Assembly (NCBI GenBank): GCA_026025795.1
Contig: JAPEUG010000060.1
Location: 1-63,067, forward strand
Length of the DNA: 63,067 nt
Reading direction: 5' to 3'
Source of the DNA: Thelocarpon superellum
Taxonomy: Eukaryota
Positions 41,610-51,719 of this stretch are shown here, piece by piece. The position numbers and the translations under genes are program-made. How positions within the stretch are numbered: position 1 is the stretch's first letter; each line of letters begins with the position of its first letter. Under the pieces are notes generated by a model, which had not been told where the DNA came from, made no database searches, and was given only the letters and a program-made list of their open reading frames with translations.

Positions 41610-43205
41610 ATGGCGCCCTCCAAACGCACCGCCACGGTCAAGACGTAGGCTACCCTTTCCTCTGCCCTCTCTGCCATCCTTTCGCCGAGTGTGCAGAGAT
41701 GGTCGCGGTCCGCTCGCTGGTGTTCCTCTGTCCCCTCCATGAGGAGGTCCATGGACCAGCTCGATTCGTCCTATGGCTCGCTCCATACCCACTGGGCTTA
41801 ATTGTGCTCGGCGGGTGGGGCTGAGCCTGGGGTTTTGGGACTGAAGATCCATACTTCGTCCTCCAACGCATCATCGCACGCCGTCATTGGGGTGAGTCGG
41901 CTCTGCCGGCTACGACCTAACTGACGGATCCCGTGCCATGCATCACTCTCAATTTTCATTGAGGTCTTGTTGGCGGAATTCACTGCGTTGTCGCGTCCGT
42001 GACCTTTTGTTGCGGGCGCGTTGCCAGTCTTCCCCAATCAAAACCATCTCGTCGAGTCCCTTCATAGTCCGAGAATGTCGCATGGCAGCTGCAATTCTCC
42101 ACTCGGCGTAACCCCATTCCATCCTGCTCGCGGACAGACGATCTAATTGGGCCACTTCCGGCGTGGGTGTAGGAGCGTACCGACGCAGGATCAGATTCTG
42201 GTGCCCGAGACGCTGTTGAAGAAGCGCAAGAGTCAGGAGAAGGCGCGCGAGGATCGTGCGGCTGAGCTGGACAAGAAGCGAAAGGTGTGTGGAGTGATTT
42301 CTGCTTTCGGCCGCAGGCAATTTGGACAATGAGCAAGTGGCGGAGGACGACGGTGATGATAACACCACACATACGACTAGACCTACGGGTCGATGTTGTC
42401 GCCATTGTATACCATCTTTCGGGACTGAGGATCGTCACTGGGAGAGCATACATGACTGCGGAAGACTAAATGCAGGACCTGCGGGCTAACATGATCTGCG
42501 CTCACTAGGCTGCCAAAGAAAAGCGAGGGGTCATTTTCCATCGCGCGGAAAAGTATGTCAAGGAATACCGGGATGCGGAACGGGAGAAGATTCGCCTGAG
42601 TCGGTTGAGCAAGCAAGAGGACTCCTTCTACGTTCCAGCCGAGCCCAAGTTGGTCTTCGTGATCCGAATCAAGGGGTGAGTCAACGCGGACGGATGCACG
42701 GAACAGAGTTCTAGACAGGGCGACTGACGATTGCCCCCGTAATAGTATCAACAAGATCGCCCCGAAGCCCCGCAAGATCCTGCAATTGCTTCGACTACTC
42801 CAGATCAACAATGGGGTCTTTGTCAGGCTCACTAAGGCGACGCTAGAGATGCTCAAGGTGGTGGAGCCCTACATCGCCTATGGCTATCCGAATCTCAAGT
42901 CGGTGCGCGAGCTCATCTATAAGCGGGGGTACGGCAAGATTGAGAAGCAACGGATTCCGCTCACCGACAATGCCCTGATCGAGGAGCATCTGGGCAAGTA
43001 TGGCATCGTGTGCATGGAGGACCTGATCCACGAGATCTTCACCGTCGGACCCAACTTCAAGCAGGCCAGCAACTTCCTCTGGCCCTTCAAGCTCAGTAAC
43101 CCGACGGGCGGCTTCCGCACCCGCAAGTTCAAGCACTTCGTCGAGGGAGGAGACCTAGGCAACCGGGAGGACAACATCAACGGCCTGATCCGGCAGATGA
43201 ATTAG
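41610..43205 (+). CDS. RPL7: 60S ribosomal protein L7 (uL30)
   Basis: Exon 1 41610-41644 ([11 protein letters not shown]), then [63 protein letters not shown]. Introns 41645-42172, ~42285-42508, ~42676-42745. Confidence 0.96.
42346..42436 (+). ncRNA. Intronic box C/D snoRNA, snR39B-type (predicted guide for the LSU rRNA G equivalent to yeast Gm805)
   Basis: Box C GTGATGA 42353-42359, box D CTGA 42425-42428, terminal stem GACGA/TCGTC. Guide ACCATCTTTCGGG (42411-42423) is complementary to conserved LSU CCCGAAAGAUGGU. Internal GACC-UACG-GGTC hairpin. Confidence 0.88.
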
Positions 43206-43384
43206 GGGGTGCACGTGTGGTCTGACATCAGCGTCGCTGATCGTAGCGCACGTAAGTTGTACGAACGAAGAAAAATACACACCTCCAGCTACACGATTGC
43301 CTGTACTCCGGAGGTCAGTGGATGCCTTGACGACTGGACCTACAGATTCCTACCGCGGCCAAGCTATAGTCAAGACCGGAATTC

Positions 43385-43510
43385 AAGGCACGTGATAAAT
43401 TCCCGCGACGCGACGCGCGCTTAGTCATGTTATGCTGGGTTCGCGTTGTCTGCCGCGCAGGTACGCGACTCAGCGCGTTCCACTTTCCGTACCGGTCAGT
43501 AGTCGCGACC
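43385..43510 (+). promoter_or_regulatory. Cluster of CGCG/ACGCG (MCB-like) cores and an E-box upstream of POL1
   Basis: CGCGACGCGACGCGCGC at 43404-43420, further TCGCGT/ACGCGA/GCGCGT cores, and CACGTG at ~43389. The position fits MBF-type G1/S regulation of replication genes. Confidence 0.55.
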
Positions 43511-43614
43511 CTCACGCCCTCATATTTCTTGCACCGTATCATGCTCGCGGGTACCTCCGACCAATTGCTTCCAAGCCCAATCCCAGTCCACACCATCAGT
43601 GGAGTCTGGTGATC

Positions 43615-46600
43615 ATGGGCAAGAACGCATTAGCAGAGCTGAGGGCCCTACGTGCCTCAGGCAAGACGCGTCTGTCGACCTACGAGGTCCAGGACGAGGC
43701 CCAAATCTACGATGAGGTCGACGAGGAAGGCTACAAAAAGGTCGTCCGTGATCGCTTGAACCAGGACGACTTCGTCATCGACGACAATGGCGAAGGCTAC
43801 GCCGACGATGGCCGTGAAGACTGGGCCCACGACCGCCGCCAGGCCTATGACAGCGACAGCGAGGAAGAGCTCCCCCTCAAAGGCAAGGCGGGCAAGCGGA
43901 AGCGCGAGGAAGACCGCGAGAAACAAGAGAAGCAAGACCGTGGCATCAGCAAGTATTTCAATGCCGGACTGGTCGGTGCTCAACCTAAGCCCACGGCCAA
44001 GGTAGGAATTCTCCCCTCATGGTCCTCTCAGGCCCACGGGTTCGAATATGGCGCTGATGATCTTAGCCTGTGGCCTCGGCCGAAGACGCGGCCTTCATGG
44101 ACGACCTTCTCGGTGAAGTGGATCAGAATGTGTCAGTTCGGCGGGTATCACAGCCTGTGCGGGCAATCAAATCCAAAGCTCGACGAAAGACGCGAGTTCT
44201 GTCGCCGCCCATCTCCCACTCCAAACCCTCGTCGCGCGTGGGCAGCAATGGCGTCATCGGGGCCCAGCTCCCCCACACCCCGCCCGTCGACATCAATCTC
44301 GACGAAGATGACACCTTCGGTCGTGGGATGGACGATGACGACATGCCCACGAGTGATCGGCCACTGCCGTCCTCGCCTGTCGCGAAGGCCGTTGAGCGCA
44401 AGGCGCAGTCCGGCCTCCAGCCGACCGAAGACGATGACGAGGACGGCCTGTTGGAGGTCACGCAGGCCGTCGGCCAGGCCGGCCTTGTGGCAACCAGCGT
44501 CAACCTGTCCGGCTCGCGACCCGCGCCGAAGGTGAAGAAGGAGGATGTTTACCCATCGCCCGAGAGCTCGTCCCCCACGCGGCCCCCAACTGACGCCGTA
44601 GACGCCTCGGTCTGGAACGACTTTACGACAAGGCTTAACGTGCTGAGCAGCAGTCCCGCCACCGAAACTCGCTTTGGCAAGCTGAGCCCGAAGGACGCGA
44701 CGGAGGAAGACGGCAGTCTTCGTTTCTTCTGGATCGACTATGTCGAGATCAACGGCAGCCTATGCCTGTTTGGCAAGGTCAAGGACAAGGCATCCCACCG
44801 ATATGTCAGCTGCTTCGTCAAGATCGACAACATCTTGCGCAAGCTCTTCTTCCTGCCGCGCGAATATCGTCACGTCCGTGGCCAGGAGACTGTACAGGAC
44901 GTGGAGATGAACGACGTCTACGAGGAGGTCGACGGGCTCATGTCGAAGCTGCACGTTCGAATGCACAAGATCAAGCCCTGCAGTCGCAAGTACGCCTTCG
45001 AGTTGGCCGACGTGCCCAAAGAGGCCGACTACCTGAAGCTGCTCTATCCGTACACCAAGGATGCCTTACCCCTCGGGCTCTCTGGAGAGACCTTTTCGCA
45101 CGTCTTCGGCGCCAACACCTCCTTGTTTGAGCAGTTCGTGCTATGGCGTAACATCAAGGGCCCGTGTTGGCTAACGATCGAGGATGCCGACTTCACCGCC
45201 GTCAACAATGCCTCCTGGTGCAAGCTCGAGGTCCTTGTGTCCAAGCCTAGCCTCGTGACCCCCTTGAGCGAGTCGGACGATGTTGAGGCACCACCACTTA
45301 CCCTTATGAGCGTCGCGCTGCGCACGGTCTTCAACGCGAAAGAGAACAAGAAGGAGATTCTGATGGCGAGCGCGTGCATCTATGACGACGTCTCGCTCAA
45401 AGATACGACACCGGCGGAGAAGCTCCCGTGTCAAACGTTCACCGTCATTCGACCCACTGAGCAGATCTTTCCCATCGGCTTCGAGGCTGAGGCGCAGCGA
45501 CACCGCGGGACGATCCGGATTGAGAAAACAGAACAAGCACTCCTGAGCTCTTTCCTCGCCAAGCTCCAGATCATCGATCCGGACGTGCTCATGGGTCATC
45601 AGCTGGAGGGCGTCGACTATAGCATCCTGCTGAGCCGCATGCGCGAACGCAAAACCCCCGGCTGGCACCGAATCGGTCGCCTAAAACGCACGGAATGGCC
45701 CAAGAACATGGGCAAGCTGGGTGGCAGCTTCTTCGCCGAGCGGCAGCTGGTCTCGGGCCGTCTGCTCTGTGATCTTGCGAATGATCTCGGCAAAGTAGGC
45801 TCCTCGCTCCTGCAAGAGGTCCGGGAGGTCGCACGCTGACCGATTTTAGTCACTCATGACCAAGTGCCAATCGTGGAGTTTGACGGAGATGTGTGAGGTC
45901 GTGCTCGGGCAAGGCCACGCCCGCCGTGAAATCGACAACGATGTCGCTCTAGGCTCCTGGGCCAAGTCGCGCGAGGGTTTGATGAATTATCTGAAGCACT
46001 GCGAAGCCGACACGTACTTCGTTGCGGCCATCGCGCTCAAGGTGCAGATGTTGCCCCTGACCAAGGTCCTCACCAACCTCGCCGGGAACTCGTGGGCGCG
46101 CACGCTCAGCGGGACGCGGGCAGAGCGGAACGAGTACATTCTCCTGCATGAGTTTCACCGCAACAAGTACATCTGCCCAGACAAGATCCCGGGCAAGGGG
46201 AAGGCGGTCAAGGCTGCCGAGGAGGAGGAGGCCGAGGGTGGCGAGGAGGGCAGCGATATCAAGAAGAAGGACAAGTACAAAGGTGGCTTGGTCTTCGAGC
46301 CCGAGAAGGGGCTGTACGAGAAGTTCATCCTGGTCATGGACTTCAACAGTCTATACCCGAGCATCATCCAGGAGTTCAACATCTGCTTCACCACCGTGGA
46401 CCGGACGGCGGTGCGCGACGAGCAGGACGAGGATCGCGTGCCTGAGGTGCCGACGGACCAGGCCCAGGGTGTGCTTCCCCGCCTCATCGCGACGCTGGTG
46501 AACCGGCGGCGACAGGTCAAGAGCTTGATGAAGGACAAGCGCGCAACGGCGGACGAGCTGGCGACGTGGGACATCAAGCAGCTGGCGCTGAAACTGACGG

Positions 46601-48315
46601 CAAACTCGATGTACGGCTGTCTTGGCTACACGCGTTCGCGTTTCTACGCGCGACCGCTGGCCATGCTCACCACGTTCAAAGGGCGGGAGATTTTGCGCAG
46701 CACCAAGGAGCTGGCCGAAAGCACCCAGCTACAGGTCATCTACGGCGACACAGACTCAGTCATGATCAACACCAACGCGGACAGCATCGACGAGGCTCTC
46801 CGCGTTGGTGGCGAGTTCAAGCGCGCCGTCAACGACCGGTACAAGCTGCTGGAAATTGACATTGACAACATCTTCCGCCGCCTGCTTCTCCAGGCGAAGA
46901 AGAAGTACGCAGCCATCAACCTGGTGGAGGCCAACGGCACGTTCGTCGACAAACTCGAGGTCAAAGGGCTGGACATGCGCCGGCGCGAGTACTGCGCGCT
47001 GTCCAAAGAGGCCTCGGCCAAGCTGCTGCAAGAGATCTTGTCGGGCGACGACGCGGAGGTGGTTGTGACCAAGATTCACGACTACCTGCGCGATCTATCG
47101 GAGAAGATGCGGGCTCAAGCGCTGCCAGCGCAGAAGTACATCATCTATACCGTGCGTCGCTCCCAACGGAAGAGAAGAAAGGTCGCGTGACTGATGACGA
47201 AAGCAGAAACTGGGTAAGAATCCCAAAGAATATCCTAATCCCGATAGTATGCCGCAGGTGCAGGTGGCACTACGCGCCATGGCTCAGGGGAAGACGGTGC
47301 GTGTCAACGATGTCATGGCCTACATCATCACGGGCGACAGCGCCTCATCGGAGAACGCGGCGAAACGGGCGTACGCGCCACAGGACGTGAGCAAGGCCGA
47401 CTCAAGCCTGCAGCCAGGTAGGGTGGTCCAGTCTTGGACGCCGTCAGGCCGGTGACTGATACGTCTGCAGATGTCGAATGGTACCTGTACAAGCAGATCT
47501 TCCCGCCGGTCGAGCGTCTCTGCGCCAACATCGCTGGCACGGACGCGGCGCGGCTGGCGGAGTGCCTCGGTCTGGACACGCGCAAGTACCACATCAGCAG
47601 CTCGTCGGCGCAGGCCGAGGAGGCGTTGCAACCACTCGAGTCGCAAATCCCGGACGATGTGCGCTTTCAAGACTCGGCGCGCCTGAGTCTCCGCTGCCGG
47701 GCCTGTCGCGAGAGCTTCACCTTCGCTGGGCTGACGGAGACGGTCGCCGCTTGTTCGCCGCAGGGACTGCGCTGCCCCCAGGCGGCTTGCGGACAGGTGC
47801 TGGCGAATCTCTCCGTCGTTGCGCAGCTCGAGCACCAGATCCGCGAGCAATCGGCGCGGTACTACGCCGGCTGGCTCGTGTGCGACGACCCGTCGTGCGG
47901 CAATCGCACGCGGCAGATGAGCGTGTACGGCCATCGATGCCTGGGGCCAAAGGCCCTCGGGGTCGGCTGCCTCGGGCGCATGAGCTATGAGTATACGGAG
48001 AAGATGCTGTACAACCAACTGTTGTACTTCCAAAGCCTCTGGGACGTGGACAAGGCCAAGGCCAGGGCGAACGCGCAGGCGTCCGCTGAGCAGAAAGGTA
48101 CGTGGCCGACGATTATACACGCGCCCTTGCCACCAGGGCGCGGGCAAAACGATCGATGGCTGATGGCACATGCAGACACGATCGTTGCCCTGGCCGAACA
48201 CAACCGCGAGCGATTCGCCACGTTGAAGGGTGTGGTCGACCGATATTTGGATAAATGCGGTCGCCAATGGGTGGCCATGGACAGTCTCTTTGGATTCGCA
48301 CTGAAGCTGATGTGA
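43615..48315 (+). CDS. POL1: DNA polymerase alpha catalytic subunit
   Basis: [78 protein letters not shown]-terminal Cys zinc fingers. Five introns. Confidence 0.97.
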
Positions 48316-51300
48316 TGAGAGACGTCGGATCGACTGTATTATGAGCAGCCAGCATCAATCGCATTGATTTCCATCGTACCTTGGTGCGTGTGCCTGCGTG
48401 GGATCGATGCACCCGTCGCGACAGATACACATATCGTCTGGAATGCAGTCTTGCTTTGTCCCGTGCGTTGCGACAGGCAAGCGCCCGCCGATCCGCCGAT
48501 CCAGGCGACGTCACCTTCCCACGAGACAATGGTCCGTTTCAACGTCGCACGCACGCGAGGGCGGGACGATCGCCGTTGTGTACCATGGGCGTCGACCACG
48601 CCGTAGTCTGACGTCCTGCCCGTTTGAGGGCAAGTCAAGCTTCGAGCTCCACGTTGGCGTTGGCGTTGGCGGTGATGGTGACAGCCCGAGCAAGCGACGT
48701 GGCCACGTGTGAAGTGGACGTGTGAACGGCGCGATCGACGAGTATCGGGGCGACGGTGGTAGCTGTCAGGACCCTCTTGTCTGACACTTGACCGTCGACA
48801 TTGGTCGCCTGCGTGGAGTTGCCCCAAACCAGCTTCCACTTTGAGCCCTACTTCAGGTCATGAGTCGCGGGACGTGGTGTGGGCACGTCCAGATGGGGCG
48901 AGATGTTGCCTCAGGGTGCATGTCTGTCGTACGACGGCCCATGGCCAGGCTTGCCCAAGTCCACTGGATCATCGCCTACGGGAAAAATTGATCCTGTCGG
49001 CCCTCGTATGTTTTGTCGTGCGGCGACATCCTTCATCGTACTCGGGGTACGAGTACTCGTAGATGGTGCCGACCCTGTGGCGTTCACCCTCTTAGCGGGG
49101 CAAGTAATGCCGACCGCGACCCAAAATAATCTCAAACGGACGGACACCCGGCCGGGCGGCATGCCGAAGTCGCGTGGCTTTGCCCTCAAATCCTCCCCTT
49201 CCTCCGCTTCCTTCCGTCCTTCTCTCGCAGCCTGGAGCCGCCCCGTCCACCCGACCTTCGACCGGGCCGCCAGGGTCAGGGAGGGTCCTAGCTCCAACCC
49301 AACTTTACTGCTAGCGTGTCGGCCGGGAACGATCGGAGTAGGGCATCTCGGCCATTGAAATAGCGACCGATCGCATCCTGGCCGCAGCCAGGGCAGCGGG
49401 AAATCAGGGCGTCGTCTCATCGTTGTGACGGCGAGCGGCCAAGTGTATCCATCCCGTGTGAGCGTGGAAATGCGTCACCGCCGTCCCTGGCGCCCATCCT
49501 AGACCTTCATTTGGAAAACGCAGTCCTAGACCTACGAAACCACACCCTTGCACGCATCATGTGGGCAGTCAGTGAAAGCCGACACTAATGTACAAGTAAA
49601 AGTTATGTGCAGTCATGTCAGGGCTCTAGTGCAGTCATAGCGGGGCCTGGACGAGGACTCATCCAGCCCCAACGCCATCCAAACAGCCGGTTTCCAGGTG
49701 TGCTCGACCTGGCGAGACTGATTAACGTAAACGTGGGACAAGCGTTTGTGGACAAAGGAGGGTCCGGCGGCTCCGAGTGGCTGTCTGGCTTCAAAGAAAT
49801 GCATTTGGGGCGTCCCGCGCCGCTGCCCTTGTTCAGTAAGACCATATTCCGGCGGGCTGCCGCGTCGCCCAGCTGTGACTGGGACGAGAAGTGGTGACGG
49901 TGGAAGGCTTACGATTATTTTACTCGTCAACGGTGGAGGAGCGCTGCCCTCTCCCGCTTCTTGGCCCGTCCCGCGGGCCGCCTGCACGCCCTGCAAGCCC
50001 TGCCAGCCCTGGAAGTTTGCCGTACGACTGTGCACAATTGCCCCCCGCGCCGAAAAGTGCCGACTCAGCCGCAATGCACGCTCCTCGCAATGCTCAGGCG
50101 ACGCTCTGTGTGGACCATGACCCGAGGTTGTCAGACGCTGCGGCCGTCCACTCAGAAACCGTAGTCTGCTAGTCCGATGTAAGTATGTGGTGCCTACCTG
50201 CGTGCGCACGACTCAGCGCATGCACATGAGCCAGACCTGACGTGACCCTCTCGCCACCGGGAGCAGTTACTCGAGGCATTGGATCTTCAAGAAGCAGCCT
50301 GCTCGAGCGTTGATATCACTCTTCCCCCAAGACCCCCGGAGCCGCACGAGCCACTTTCAGCAGCGGTTTGATCACATTCGGCCAAGGCAGCAAATGCGCC
50401 AGCTGCGTCAAGCCGGTCACCCTCCACCCTTGGCCCCTGCTCATTCATTGGCTCTCCTTCCACTCTCACATCGTCGAATGAGGAGCCGAGGCAGGCCAGG
50501 GGTGGTCGACCGCTGGCCGGCCGAAACGATCCATGGACACTTCATCATGCCCTAGGCCAGAGCCATCGACCACCTACGAGGAGTGGAGCGCGCGCAACCG
50601 CGCAAACGTTTCAACCGCCTCTGTGGTGACTCAACGGATTAGGACGGAGGAGTGGCGGCTTGTGGGCAGACGACGGCTCCACCGTCCCAGAAGTAACAGA
50701 AGTGCGAACGCGTCCACAGGGAAGCCTAACTCCATCGCAACACCGCGCACGCCTGTAGATTCACTGCTGAGATGATTATAACACGACGTGGAGTAATCAC
50801 GGCTCGCCGCACAAGCCATGTATCGATGGAGAGAAGCCGTTCGGCGGCAGGGCCCATTGATCTCTCCGACATATTCCTTCCGTCACACTGCCACCCTGTC
50901 ACACTGTCACGTCTACACCTTTCCACGACGCGGCGCTACGGGCAGCAGGCCCAGAAAACTCGCGGAACTTTACTCGTTACCGTTCCCACCACTGCGTTCC
51001 CTACCAGCCAGCCGACCCAGCGGAGGGACAGTGCGATTTAGTGCGCCTCGCTCAGTTAGCCCGACCGGTACTGGATGATCTCGCTCCGCTGAGGCCCAGC
51101 AATTCTTCGCCGCGCGAGTACTCCTACGGAGTAGTGCGAGTGAGCGCATTCGTTCGCGGCAACGTACGAGTACTCGTTACTGGGGAGAGGACTACCAACG
51201 CCTCCCCTTCCCCGTCGCCCGATCGTCAAGCGTTCGATCTTCATCGACAAAAACATCACGAACCCGCCTCAACGAATTCGCGGGTCCCTTCGTCCACTGA

Positions 51301-51719
51301 CACGTCGGACGAAACACGGCTGGTTGCCATCTGACGGACCCTCATCCGGTTCGCTCTGCGTTCGTGACGCCGCCGGACCTGCCACTCCTTTGCCCGTAGG
51401 TTGCCGCGTGCTCACGGCCCTTTGGTGTGTGCGAAGGCGCCGGCTCAAATTTTCACCCCCAGACAAAACCCGGAACGAGCCACGACGCTCCCACCGTCGT
51501 CGCTCCACCACGTCCACGACCGCGAGGCTCTCGCTGCCTGTCGCCCCACGTACCCTCTCGTGCTCCCCGCTCCTGTCCCAGGGTTTGACATCCTGTTGTC
51601 GCGAGCGCGCCATCGAGACCTGCGTCATTTCTCTGCCTCAACGGCCTCTTGTCTAACCGGAGAAGCCTCGTCCCGCTCGTCATCCCCGACCATCGCTGTC
51701 GCGCGAAACCACCGATTTA

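Noticed and set aside
41780..42060. RNase P/MRP-like GGGCTTA and snR30-like AAACCAT motifs in RPL7 intron 1
   Set aside because: The partner motifs (P4 5' strand; m1 and a terminal ACA box) are not found at suitable positions.
42361..42372. ACACCACACA resembling the budding-yeast telomerase template
   Set aside because: It lies inside a clear C/D snoRNA, and filamentous ascomycetes typically use TTAGGG repeats.
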